A stretch of DNA of 56,655 bases, filler included, from an uncultured bacterium (GTDB lineage: Bacteria; Latescibacterota; UBA2968), in NCBI GenBank assembly GCA_964471275.1. It is 2 parts of 2 records of this genome, joined end to end, with 100 filler letters (N's around TTAATTAATTAA, not from the genome) between each part and the next. Parts side by side here need not be neighbours in the genome. Positions count along the whole stretch, not along the records: positions 1 to 28,344 come from CAYYGZ010000027.1; 1 more part is not named here. One strand, 5' to 3'. Within the stretch, counting starts at the first letter, position 1; each line of letters opens with the position of its first letter. A program made the translations under genes and the position numbers. A model generated the notes under the pieces. The model saw only the letters and a program-made list of their open reading frames with translations. It was not told the DNA's origin and made no database searches. This document shows, piece after piece, positions 9,682-20,300 of this stretch.

Positions 9682-10761
9682 TTACGATTCCTGTCCCCAA
9701 TACCCCTCATCAAAGAACACCGGCTCATACCCTTCCTCGGTTGCCCATCCGATAGCGGCGTCCAGTCGCTGCGCATGATCCTCGATGTAGCGGCGGTAGA
9801 AAGGCCAGAAGTACTGTTCGTGCGTGAACAGATCCATCACTTCCGATGTATTGGGATCAGCGGCGAGGGGGGCCAGCGTAGGCACGACACGGTCGAGCGG
9901 CGTGTTGTTACATACGATATCGATTTTCGAGAAGAGGATGCCGCTGCCGAAGTCGACGAGGGCGTCGTGGTGGGAGAGGTGCTCTGAACGGACATCATCG
10001 AGAAGGTAATTGACGTCCCAGGCACCGCCTCGGTGGGTGAAATAACCGCTCAGGATACGAATACCCCGATCGTAGAGAGCGTCGAAGACAGACGGTTGTG
10101 CCATCCCCCAGTGGATTACTGTTGGCGCCGTGCAGGTCGGTTCACCCGCGAACCTGACGATCTGTTGATCGACACGATCCCAGTCCTCGAGGATTTCTTG
10201 TGCGGATGCGTATTGGTATGGACGGGCCGGCTCGTCGGCTTGGGCGTGAAAGGCGAGTCTGAGCCAGTGGGCGTTGTCTTCCCACTCTGATCGGTATCGA
10301 TCGGGGAAATGTGTCAGATCAAATCCATCGCCCATGGTGTAGTAGATATTGAGCACAAACTTCGCACCGTAGCGTCGGTTCAGATCACGCAGGATGGCCA
10401 GATAGAAGCAGTCGAACAGGGAGGCGTATTGCTCCTTCGCGATGTCCCGAAGGAAGAAGCTGTTATCGTCGATTGAAAAACGGTAACGGGGACGTGAGTG
10501 TCGATCCCACGCTACCCGAACGCTATGCTCCTGCCGGCCCGTGACGTCGTCGGACACGGCGATGATGTCGGTCTTCAGATCGCGCAAGATGGTCTCCGCG
10601 CAGAAGGTCTCTCCCTCTCGATGCGCCACGACTCCGTTGACCCGGACCTCGCGGCCGCGTGTTGCCCGGCCCGTGACCGTGATCGTCAACTCATTGCTGT
10701 TCTGGTTGCCGTGACCATGATTCAGAACGGCTCCGTGGAACGGGAATTCGATTTTGAGCAT
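9682..10761 (-). CDS. Uncharacterised protein: N-terminal Ig-like beta domain plus polysaccharide deacetylase-like domain
   Basis: ITVTG/VRVNG beta segment, FSIDDN, LAFHA, late FTHEQYF. Confidence 0.55.
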   Translation of the reverse strand: MLKIEFPFHGAVLNHGHGNQNSNELTITVTGRATRGREVRVNGVVAHREGETFCAETILRDLKTDIIAVSDDVTGRQEHSVRVAWDRHSRPRYRFSIDDNSFFLRDIAKEQYASLFDCFYLAILRDLNRRYGAKFVLNIYYTMGDGFDLTHFPDRYRSEWEDNAHWLRLAFHAQADEPARPYQYASAQEILEDWDRVDQQIVRFAGEPTCTAPTVIHWGMAQPSVFDALYDRGIRILSGYFTHRGGAWDVNYLLDDVRSEHLSHHDALVDFGSGILFSKIDIVCNNTPLDRVVPTLAPLAADPNTSEVMDLFTHEQYFWPFYRRYIEDHAQRLDAAIGWATEEGYEPVFFDEGYWGQES

Positions 10762-10779
10762 TGTGTCGACCTCGATGTG

Positions 10780-11628
10780 TTACGCCAGAGCACTCTCTTC
10801 CAGCGCGTGGCACTCCTCTACCATGCCCTTCCATGCGTCGATGCTGTAGTCCGGGCCCGCTGCGAAGGGAGGCGTCTCGATGCACATCGTACCGCTGTAG
10901 CCAGCTTCCGATGCCTTCCGAAACACAATCTCCCAATCCACACGACCGTGTCCAGGTGCCAGGTGTGAATCGCGATCGCCGGCGTTATCCGCCAGATGAT
11001 AGGCGGCCAGCCGGTTGCCCATCACGTCCTGCATCTTCGAGGCACGGTCGGGGAGTGCGACAAGCGCGTGTCCCGTGTCCAGGCAGAAGCCGAGGTTCGG
11101 ATGATCGAATTTCTCGGCGATGCAGGTAATGTGCTCGGGAATCGAAAAGAACCGGTCACCGCCGGCCTGGAGCATGTTCTCGACAGCTATCGTGAACCCC
11201 AGCTTCTCCGCTTCCGGCAGCATCGCTTCCAGACTCTTGCCTATATGGCCGAGGTAACGTTCAAGGCCTTCCTTCGTGACATCGTAGCGGGTCGTCGTCG
11301 GGTGCTGGATGCCTACGGTGGCGCCGACGAGGCTTGCCCGCTTCATCCACTCGACCATCGTGGCGACGGCAGCCTCTCTCTGCGTGTTGTAGAAGGAAGC
11401 AATATCGTCGGCAGAGGAGAATGGGAGATGAAAGGTGGTTATCTTGAGCCCGGCATCCTCGAAGATCCTGCGGAAAGATTCGATCTCTGTGTCCGACAGA
11501 TCCTGAAGCAGTGGCGGTGCCCCTTCGATTCCCGCAAGCCCCGCGGCCTGGCAGATGTCCCGGATCTCCTCCGCAGACTTTCCGCTGAAGGTGTAGCCTG
11601 TCGTGGTCAGCGTCCATTGTTTCGTCAC
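10780..11628 (-). CDS. Sugar phosphate isomerase/epimerase (TIM barrel)
   Basis: FHLPF, IAVENM, CLDTGH, YHLADN..DSHLAPGHG, MCIE. Confidence 0.85.
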   Translation of the reverse strand: MTKQWTLTTTGYTFSGKSAEEIRDICQAAGLAGIEGAPPLLQDLSDTEIESFRRIFEDAGLKITTFHLPFSSADDIASFYNTQREAAVATMVEWMKRASLVGATVGIQHPTTTRYDVTKEGLERYLGHIGKSLEAMLPEAEKLGFTIAVENMLQAGGDRFFSIPEHITCIAEKFDHPNLGFCLDTGHALVALPDRASKMQDVMGNRLAAYHLADNAGDRDSHLAPGHGRVDWEIVFRKASEAGYSGTMCIETPPFAAGPDYSIDAWKGMVEECHALEESALA

Positions 11629-12014
11629 GGTATGATCTCCCTGAAGTGCGTTTGCGTGGGAACGGTTCGGTTTGTGTTGTCCTGTAGGGGCCTCCCCTGA
11701 AGGTACTGCTCTGGATACGGCAGAGGCCGCTGTTCACGTCCTTGCACATATCAATACATCGTGTATTCTCTCCCTGCAACTTTCTCCTGTGCCCCCTAAT
11801 TGCGTGAGTTCTCCCGCACGTTGCTGGTTCTGACGCCGAGCAGCGCGAAAATCGAATGTGTCTCCTGATGGCTCCGGTCGTCCCCGCAAACTGCTTGGAA
11901 GTCAGTCTTGCCCAGTGAAGGGATCATCGGTATGATGGCTCGGTATCGTGGCATTGAACGGGGCACCGAGGGCAACGTGTCTGTTTCCACCCTCCTCTTG
12001 TCGGAGATCTCCCT

Positions 12015-13136
12015 ATGATTCGCGATCTGTCAGACCCGGCCGTTGGCGATCTGCTTGCCCGCCACGGTCGCTACTGGCGCAACGGCCAGCCAGAGATCGA
12101 TCCCTGGGTTCCTGCAGCCCGCTTTGCACCTGCCGAAGGGGACGATCTGCCCCTGTTCCAGCTGAACCCGGCCGCGCCGCTGGTCGACACGCCGAATCCG
12201 CATATTCTTGAGCCCCCTCCCAAGCTAGACGCCGCTGCCTTTCGGGACCAGATCGAGCGAGAGTTTGACACGCACGGTTTGCTCGACGGTGACTACTTTC
12301 GCGTTGTCGAAACGGGGATCGCCAGCGAAGTCTTCGTCGGCTGTACGATCCGCGTGAGCGCAGGCACTCACTGGGCGGAGAACTGCTTCACCGATTTCCA
12401 CCAGCTTGATGGATACGATGTAAGTGACACGCTCTGGTATCGTCGCCTGATCGACAATGCCCGTCGCGCCGTGGACAGTGTCGATGCAGACCGATTCCCG
12501 TTCAGCTGCTTTGGTTACCGGGGACCTGTCGATATGGCCGAAGCGATGATGGGGGGGAAGGCGATGTGTGAGGCCGCTGTCGACAATCCCGAGGGTCTCA
12601 AGAACCTGCTTGCCCGGATCACGGATATCATCATCGAGGTCGGCCAGGCGCACATCGCGGAGCTGCCTCCGTGTGCCGACGGTTGGTTCAACTCCTACCG
12701 TATCTGGACCCCGGGCCGCACCATTACGTTTACCCTCGACGGGGCGTGCCTGTTCTCTCCGGACCAGTATGCGGATCTGTTCCTGCCGTTCGATCGGCGG
12801 CTGTGCGAGGCATTCGAAACTCCCTTTGTCCACCTGCACGCGGCAGCCCGCCAGCACTTCGCGGCCTGGACCGATATCCCCTCTCTGGGTCTCCAGTGCG
12901 TTATCGATCAGGCCTGGCTTCCGGAAGGACACAACCAGCCGATCGGCCCCCAGATTCCGGATTTATTGGACGATTTCGAGGTTATCCGCGAACAGAAGTC
13001 CCTTATGCTCTACGGCTACTGGACAGAAGCGTGGCTGCGGAGCGTCCAGGACCGCTTGCCGGCTTCCGGGTGTGCGGTCACGGGTATGACCGAAGATCCC
13101 GGTGCCCTTCGCAGTTCCCTCGCCAGACGGGTCTGA
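12015..13136 (+). CDS. Uroporphyrinogen decarboxylase / MtaA-like superfamily protein
   Basis: RGPVDMA..MMG, DGACLFSPDQYADLFLP, VHLH; SD GGAG upstream. Confidence 0.65.
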   Translation: MIRDLSDPAVGDLLARHGRYWRNGQPEIDPWVPAARFAPAEGDDLPLFQLNPAAPLVDTPNPHILEPPPKLDAAAFRDQIEREFDTHGLLDGDYFRVVETGIASEVFVGCTIRVSAGTHWAENCFTDFHQLDGYDVSDTLWYRRLIDNARRAVDSVDADRFPFSCFGYRGPVDMAEAMMGGKAMCEAAVDNPEGLKNLLARITDIIIEVGQAHIAELPPCADGWFNSYRIWTPGRTITFTLDGACLFSPDQYADLFLPFDRRLCEAFETPFVHLHAAARQHFAAWTDIPSLGLQCVIDQAWLPEGHNQPIGPQIPDLLDDFEVIREQKSLMLYGYWTEAWLRSVQDRLPASGCAVTGMTEDPGALRSSLARRV

Positions 13137-13316
13137 CCCCAGCAATTCCCGCAAGCAGTACCCGCATCGTCTCCCGACGTGGGCAGCCCTACTAGTGGCG
13201 AAGATCCAGGGAGATCGCTTCAGCTGGCGTATCGGTAGTGAATACCGTCTCTCCACCCACCGATAGCGCGCAGACCGTCGTTCTCTTCCCACAGTTCGCG
13301 TGCCTCTGCAGGGAGA

Positions 13317-13763
13317 GTGAAGGACGAAGCGTTGCTGGAGATCGTCGAGAGACACGCCGACCAGGTTGTCGCGGTGCTGTGCGGTCATATCCATCTCACG
13401 GCAGCAAGAGAGCAATCCGGTGTTTACCATATTGTGCCGAGCGGCACGGCGGGATGCCCGGCGGACTTTGCCATATTTGATGTGTATGCGGACCGCGTCG
13501 AAGTCGAGATGCAGCGAGCGCCGGATGAGCTGATCGGTGATCCGCATCCTGGCAACATCCACGGCGTCCGCCGACACGGCACCGACTATGTCGACGACAG
13601 CCATCCGGACCACGAGAGTTACGTGTCGGGGAATGTCGACGAGCGCAGCTTCACGATCGAACTGAATGGTCGCAAGCGGCCGGACCTAGAGGCTCCGCGA
13701 GAGCTGGCTATTCGGCAGGAAGTGAGCACGGGCGGGTGGCAGGGGGTGCAGCTGCCGAGATGA
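13317..13763 (+). pseudogene. C-terminal fragment of a calcineurin-like metallophosphoesterase
   Basis: VVAVLCGHIH motif near the ORF start; N-terminal DxH, GD and GNH motifs absent. Confidence 0.55.
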
Positions 13764-13878
13764 GCTGGACGGGAGCGGTAGCACCTGTGCTCTGCTCTGC
13801 CGGCGTCACGCCGGGTCTCGTTCCGAGCTTGCCCGGTGTCTGTCCGTCTCGAAAGCGCAAGTGACGCACGTGCAGAGC

Positions 13879-13907
13879 TTGCAAGCGACTTATCTTCTCA
13901 GTATTGT
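13879..13907 (+). promoter_or_regulatory. Putative sigma70 promoter for the czc leader and operon
   Basis: TTGCAA-N17-TATTGT. Confidence 0.45.
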
Positions 13908-13964
13908 AGGTATGTCTTTGGTCGGACTTGTATCGGTGATCTGACTTCACAGCTGGTAGCTACC

Positions 13965-14375
13965 TTGAAAAGCTTGATTTCGTCCATACAGAGTAGGCCG
14001 ATTCTCCTGGTCTGGCTGCTCGCCTACCTGGTGATCGTCCAGTCGGCCGTGGGACACGTCGTCCTTTGTGTTGAGGTGGAAGGACAGGTGTCCGTCGAGC
14101 CTGGCGCCTGCCCGTGCCCGGGCAACGTGCCCGATTCCCAGTCTCTGGTCGAGGAGCCATCGAGCAGCGACGTCTGTCACGATGTCTTTTTAACGGCTGA
14201 CGCACACCTGATATCCGAAAGCTGCAAGTATCCAGTCTCCGGTTCCGTCGGCCGTCCGGATTGGGACAGCAGACTCTCTCCGTTCGCTGCGGGCATCTCG
14301 TCCGTCGGCCCCCCTCTGGCTTATTCGCATCTTGCGCTTCATCGCTTCATCCGCAGTACCGTTCTGCTTATCTGA
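13965..14375 (+). CDS. Small exported Cys/His-containing leader protein upstream of czcCBA
   Basis: Hydrophobic N-terminal segment, VLCV, CPC, CHD, C-terminus HRFIRSTVLLI*; TTG start inferred downstream of the promoter. Confidence 0.6.
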   Translation: MKSLISSIQSRPILLVWLLAYLVIVQSAVGHVVLCVEVEGQVSVEPGACPCPGNVPDSQSLVEEPSSSDVCHDVFLTADAHLISESCKYPVSGSVGRPDWDSRLSPFAAGISSVGPPLAYSHLALHRFIRSTVLLI

Positions 14376-14476
14376 TCACCCCCTTATTGCTGAATCCATG
14401 TTTCCACGGGATCCCGCGGGCGTATTACGTCCGGATTCTCCGCGTACTCAATCCTTATTCCTCTTGAGGAGTCAGA

Positions 14477-15778
14477 ATGCTCGGCCATGTGTGCTCGATC
14501 GCCGCTTCTGTGGTGATGTGCAGCTCTGTCCTGTCCGCACAATCGATCAGTAGAGAGCAAGCAGTCACTCTTGCGCTTGAACGTAGCCCTCAGGTGTTCG
14601 CCGGTCACTCTCAATGGCAAGCCGCCCGGGCTGAGGCCCGGCTCCTGTCCGCGCCTCCACGCCCCGAACTGGAGTTGGAATACGCGGGACTGCCGGCCGT
14701 GTTCGATCTGGGCAGCTACGGTGAACGAACAATCGGCGTTGTGCAGCGACTCGAGTTTCCGCTGAAATGGTGGAAGCGTGTCATGGCGGCCCGTCACGAT
14801 GCGGAACGCACCCGTTTTTCGGCTTACGAAACGACGCGCCAGGATGTCTCTCTCTCGGTGCGGATCGCTTACGACACCGCGCTCGGGGACGAGCAGCGCC
14901 TCGTTTTGGCAGCATCTCATGTTCAACTGTCAGATCAGGTCGTGCGGCAGGTTCGGGCCCGGTTCGAAGCCGGTGACGTGGGCCGTCTAGACGTCGCCCG
15001 AACGGAAGTCGCTGCAGGCCGACTCAAGAATGAGCTGACCACGGCCAGATTCTCGGCGGATCGCTCGCGGGTGCGGCTCAGTGCGTTACTGGGCAATTCG
15101 CCGGATGTCGTTCTGAATCTGTCGGACAGTCTGATCTGCGACCCGGTGGCTTTTGACATAGATGTCCTGACGAGCTCGGCCCTGCGAAGACGATCTGAGC
15201 TCTCGGCGGCGGACAACGGTCTCAGAGCAGCGAAGACCGCGCGTGGGGCCTCCCGGGCCTCCGTGTTTCCGGACCTCGTCATTGGCGTTGCACGGCAGAC
15301 GCGCGGTGGGCCCGGCCCCACATCAGGCACCTGGCGAACAGGTATCAGCCTCGAATTGCCCCTCTACGGGTTTTCCGACCCGGGAGGAGAGCTTTCCCGC
15401 GCCTCGGCCAGAGTGACCATGGCCGAGGCAGAGAGGGAGGCCATCCGATTGCGGGTGATGGAGGAGGTGCGGGTGGGCTACCTCCAGTTCGAGGAGGCCA
15501 GGGAGCGGCTTGAGCGTACGCTTGCTCGTGTGTTACCCGCGGCCCGTGTCGCGTTGGATGCGGCACGTCGCAGCTATGAGGCGGGGGAGGCGTCCTCGCT
15601 CGACTATCTCAGTGCGCAGAGCGATTTCGTAGAAGCGGAGCTGGCGTTTCTGGAAGCGCAGTTGAGGTACCGAATCGCCGAATCGACGCTGCGACATTCG
15701 GCGGGTGAAGGTCCAGAGGAAGTCGCTACTGATCCAGAAATGAATCACACGATGAACGAATGGGGGAATGACTCATGA
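14477..15778 (+). CDS. czcC: TolC/CzcC-family outer-membrane efflux factor
   Basis: Signal peptide, two OEP repeats (ARFEAGDV, RSYEAGEAS), SD GAGGAG, first gene of an RND triad. Confidence 0.85.
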   Translation: MLGHVCSIAASVVMCSSVLSAQSISREQAVTLALERSPQVFAGHSQWQAARAEARLLSAPPRPELELEYAGLPAVFDLGSYGERTIGVVQRLEFPLKWWKRVMAARHDAERTRFSAYETTRQDVSLSVRIAYDTALGDEQRLVLAASHVQLSDQVVRQVRARFEAGDVGRLDVARTEVAAGRLKNELTTARFSADRSRVRLSALLGNSPDVVLNLSDSLICDPVAFDIDVLTSSALRRRSELSAADNGLRAAKTARGASRASVFPDLVIGVARQTRGGPGPTSGTWRTGISLELPLYGFSDPGGELSRASARVTMAEAEREAIRLRVMEEVRVGYLQFEEARERLERTLARVLPAARVALDAARRSYEAGEASSLDYLSAQSDFVEAELAFLEAQLRYRIAESTLRHSAGEGPEEVATDPEMNHTMNEWGNDS

Positions 15779-17337
15779 GCTTCAGTCAAAGTCGTTCATA
15801 TTGGACGTGTCTGAATCCGTGCCTCCTGGCGTGGGGGATCATCATCGCGCTGACAACTTGCGGTGATCCCGAGTCCAAAACGGCGCACAAGGAAGATCAC
15901 GGGCACGAATCCAACGTCCTGGCAGCGCATTCTCACGAAGCGGCGGGCGAAACGTGCTTCATGTGCGATCCCTCCAAGCGTGAGAAAGGTCGGCTCTGGT
16001 GCGAGGAGCACGGACGCTACGAGGACCGGTGTTGGATCTGTCACCCGGAACTTGAGGATAAGAGCCGGCTCTGGTGCAGGGAGCACTCTCTTTACGAGGA
16101 TGAATGCACGCTCTGTCGCCCCGAGTTGAAGAAGTCAGATTCATCGCCAGAGTCCTCGGGCCTGCCATCCGGACCGGCAAGCACTGAGCTGTACTGCAAT
16201 GAGCACGACGTTCCCGAGCGTGAATGCGGCATCTGTCAGCCCGGGCTGGCCGCCGCACTTGAGCCGGGACAGAGTCTGAAAGTGCGGATGGCGACGGAGG
16301 CGTCCGCCGACAAGGCTGGCATTCACGTTGAGCGCCCCCGTCGCATCGAGACGACACCGGGTGTCGAAGCGTTCTGCGAAGCGGACTACAACCGGAATGC
16401 ATTGACACGGATCACCCCGTTGACCGCGGGTATTGTGACGCGCGTCTATCGGGACGCGGGAGACCGGGTCGAGGCGGGTGATCCGCTCGTGGAACTCCAT
16501 TCCGTCGATGTGGCTCGAGCAAGGAGTAGTTACCTGGCCGCGGTGATCGACCTGGACATCCGGAAGGAGACGGTCGCGCGAAAGCGGAAGCTTGCGGAGG
16601 ACCGTATCGGTGCTCGAAAGCATCTCCAGCAGGCGGAGGCAAACTTCCGGGTGGCGCAGTTGGCGCTGAAAAACGCCTGGCAGGCGCTTCTCAATCTCGG
16701 GCTGTCGTCTAAAGAGATCGCGGCGTTGGAGCGTTCGGAAGATGCTTCTGCCCTTTATACGCTTCGTGCTCCGTTTGGCGGCACGCTGATCGATCGGGAC
16801 GCCGTCTCTGGCCAGGCTGTGGTGAGTGGTGAGGCCTTGCTCACGCTCGCAGATCTGTCCACTCGATGGCTGAAGCTGTCACTTCCGACGGACCGCATCC
16901 ACGATATCCGAGTGGGGCAGCGCGTTTCGGTTGTGTTCGACGATCTGCCTGACGAGGTCGTTCACGGGGAACTCGTGTGGGTAGATGCCGCTGTCGATCC
17001 GCAGACAAGGCGCATTCGCGCCCGCGCGCTGACGGCGGACGTGCACCGGTTGAAGACCGGGATGTTCGGCCGTGCCCGTGTATCTACGGGTGGGAGGCGT
17101 CCAGGGGTGATCGTCCCCAGCGGAGCAGTGCAGTATTACGAGAAGAATCCGTATGTGTTCGTTCGCCAGGCCCCCGACCTGTTCGCCCTGCGGCGGGTCA
17201 CGGTTGGGGCGACGCGGTCAGATTTGACCGAGCTGCTGAGCGGCGTGTCACCCGAGGAGGCTGTCGTAAGGACGGGATTTCTCGTGATGTCGGAGTTCCT
17301 GAAATCACGTTTGGGGGCCGGGTGTGTCGATCATTAG
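15775..17337 (+). CDS. czcB: CzcB-type periplasmic adaptor lipoprotein with an N-terminal Cys/His repeat domain
   Basis: Lipobox-like LTTC, repeated CxEH..CxxCxP units, lipoyl/hairpin MFP core (LRAPFGG, LKTGMFG). Confidence 0.85.
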   Translation: MSFSQSRSYWTCLNPCLLAWGIIIALTTCGDPESKTAHKEDHGHESNVLAAHSHEAAGETCFMCDPSKREKGRLWCEEHGRYEDRCWICHPELEDKSRLWCREHSLYEDECTLCRPELKKSDSSPESSGLPSGPASTELYCNEHDVPERECGICQPGLAAALEPGQSLKVRMATEASADKAGIHVERPRRIETTPGVEAFCEADYNRNALTRITPLTAGIVTRVYRDAGDRVEAGDPLVELHSVDVARARSSYLAAVIDLDIRKETVARKRKLAEDRIGARKHLQQAEANFRVAQLALKNAWQALLNLGLSSKEIAALERSEDASALYTLRAPFGGTLIDRDAVSGQAVVSGEALLTLADLSTRWLKLSLPTDRIHDIRVGQRVSVVFDDLPDEVVHGELVWVDAAVDPQTRRIRARALTADVHRLKTGMFGRARVSTGGRRPGVIVPSGAVQYYEKNPYVFVRQAPDLFALRRVTVGATRSDLTELLSGVSPEEAVVRTGFLVMSEFLKSRLGAGCVDH

Positions 17338-17397
17338 GCAAAAAAGAAGAGACGTGGTGGAAGAAACGCGGACAGGATGTGACATAGTGAGGTTATC

Positions 17398-20300
17398 GTG
17401 CTAGGACGCCTGGTCGAGTATGCGGTGCGAAACCAGTTGGTTGTGCTGCTACTGTTCGGATGCGGAGCAGCGGCCGGCACGTGGGCTCTGATGAAACTTC
17501 CGGTGGACGCGTTTCCGGACACGACGCCGGTGCAGGTGCAGATCAATACCGTGGCGCCGGCGCTCGGTCCGGAAGAGATCGAGCAACAGATCTCGCTGCC
17601 CGTCGAATTGTCGATCGGGGGGTTGCCGGGGTTGGTAGACGTGCGGTCCGTGTCGAAGTTTGGGTTCTCACAGGTAGTGGTGACTTTTGACGACGACACA
17701 GAGATTACGGTTGCGCGGCAGTACATTTCTGAACGCATCAACGCGGTGGCGCTTCCGGATGGCATCGAGCGTCCGCAGCTTGGGCCGATTTCCACCGGAT
17801 TGGGCGAGATCTTCCACTACATCCTGAGATCGGATGACCCGGGCCGAAGCCTCGAGTCGCTCCGGACACTGCATGACTGGGTGATCAAGCCGGAGCTGCG
17901 GAAAGTTCCCGGTGTGGCGGAAGTGAATTCTTGGGGGGGGGACGTCCGCCAATATCACGTGGTGGTGTCGCCGGAGGCCTTGATCAAGTACGGATTGACG
18001 CTGGACGACGTGTTCGCGGCGCTAGAAGCGAACAACCGCAACGTTGGTGGTGGCGTGATCACGTCAGGAGGGTGGTCGCAGCTCGTTCAGGGCGTCGGGC
18101 GGGTGTCGAGCCTCGAAGAAATCGAGGCTGTGGTGATCGCCTCGCGCGGGGGCAACCCCGTCCACGTCCGGGATGTGGCGGAAGACGTACGGATCGATCG
18201 GGAAATCCGGCGCGGCGCGGTCACGGCGGACGGACGTGGCGAGGTGGTGCTCGGTCTGGCCTTCATGCTCATGGGGGAGAATGGGAAGGCGGTCACCGAA
18301 CGCCTGAGAGATCAACTCGAGGACGTGCGTCCGTATCTGCCCGATGACACGATCCTGGAGGTGGTGTATGCGCGTACGGAGCTGACGCGATCTGTGATCC
18401 GGACGGTGGAGCACAACCTGGCCGCAGGCGCGGTTCTGGTCATTCTCGTTTTGCTCGTGCTTCTGGGCAACCTTCGTGCTGGGTTCCTGGTCGCGCTCGT
18501 CATTCCCGCCTCCATGCTCTACGCGGTGCTCGGGATGTACGAGTTTGGGATGGTGGCCAGCCTGCTGAGTCTGGGCGCGATTGATTTTGGGATCATCATC
18601 GATGGATCAGTGGTGATGACGGAGGCGAACTCCCGAAGCCTGCTCGAGCGGGCTCAGGAACTTGGCCGGTCCCTGACGCCCACCGAACGCCTGGAAACGA
18701 TTGTCGCCTCTGGCAGGGAGATGGCCCGCCCGATCGCGTTCGGTATCGGCATCATCCTGATCGTCTTCCTGCCGATCCTGACTCTGGAGGGCATCGAAGG
18801 TAAGATGTTCAAGCCGATGGCTTGGACGTTTATGTTCGCACTCCTGGCTGCGCTGGTGATCGCCCTGACGCTGTCTCCCGTTCTGAGCAGTATCTTCCTG
18901 CCGGAAAGAGACAATGAGAGAAGGGATCTTGTAAGCCGTTGGGTGGTTCCCTACTACGGCCGGTTGCTGGACTTTGCTACGTGTCATCGGGTGGGGGTGC
19001 TCTGTGGTGTGGCGGTGCTGCTGGCATTGACCGGATTCCAGGCGACGCGGTTGGGCGGCGAGTTTATTCCTCGGTTGAGCGAGGGGGCGGTGACGGTCAA
19101 TACGATCCGTCTGGCCGGTGTTTCGATCGAGGAATCCGTGGCCTATAACACGCGCATTGAGCGGATCCTGCGGTCGGTGTTTCCGAACGAGGTGCGACAC
19201 GTGTGGAGCCGCATCGGTACGGCCGAGGTGGCGACCGACCCGATGGGTACGGAATTGACGGATATTTTTGTGTCACTTACACCCAGGTCCGAGTGGACAC
19301 GAGCATCCAGTCAGGCCGATCTGGTCGCCGCCATGCAGGAGGAACTGGCGGATCTTCCCGGTCTGAATATGGTCTTCACCCAGCCGATCGAGATGCGGCT
19401 AAACGAGATGATCTCGGGCATCCGGTCAGACCTGGGGATCAAGATCTTTGGCGATGATTTCGATGAGCTGGTGCGGATCAGCGACGACATTCAGCGAGTT
19501 CTTCTGCGCGTCTCCGGACAGTCGGATATCGCAGCCGATCAGTTGACGGGGCAGCCCCTGCTGCGCGTGGTGGTCGATCCTGCGTCCCTGGGGCGGCACG
19601 GGGTCCCCGCCGGGCACGTGCTCGAATTCGTGGAAGCCGTCGGGGGGCACCACGTGGGCGAGATCTACGAAGGCCAGCGTCGCTTCGATCTGGTCGTACG
19701 CCTCCCCGATACGTACCGGACGAATTCCCGGCTCCTCGAACGCCTGCCCGTGTCCACGGAGAGCGGCCAGCAGATTCCGCTGCGGATGCTGGCATCGGTC
19801 CAAGATACGACTGGTGTCTCGACAATTACGCGTGAGTGGGGCCGTCGCGTGATGCGGGTTCAGTGCAACGTGGTTGGGCGGGATGTGTCGTCATTCATCG
19901 CCGAAGCGAGAGAGCGTATCGTGGCCGAAGTGGCGCTTCCTCCCGGCTACATCATCGAGTGGGGCGGTCAGTTCGAAAACCTCGAACGCGCACGAAATCG
20001 TCTGGCCCTGGTGGTGCCGGTGACGCTGCTGCTGGTGTTCTTTCTCCTGCTGCTGAGCCTGAAGCGAATCCGCGACGTGATGCTGATCTACACGGGCATT
20101 CCGTTCGCGCTGGTGGGCGGGGTGTTCGCGCTGACCCTACGCGGGATGCCATTCAGCGTAAGCGCCGCGATCGGATTCGTTGCCCTGTCGGGGATCGCGG
20201 TCCTGAACGGTCAGATCATGATCACCGCAATCCGTGGTTTTCTGGATCGGGGGCTGGGGCCGCAGGAGGCAGTCAGGGGCGCGGCGATGCAACGGCTCAA

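Noticed and set aside
16030..16044. CWICH as a c-type haem attachment motif
   Set aside because: The equivalent positions in the sister repeats are CTLCR, CGICQ and CFMCD, so the His is not conserved
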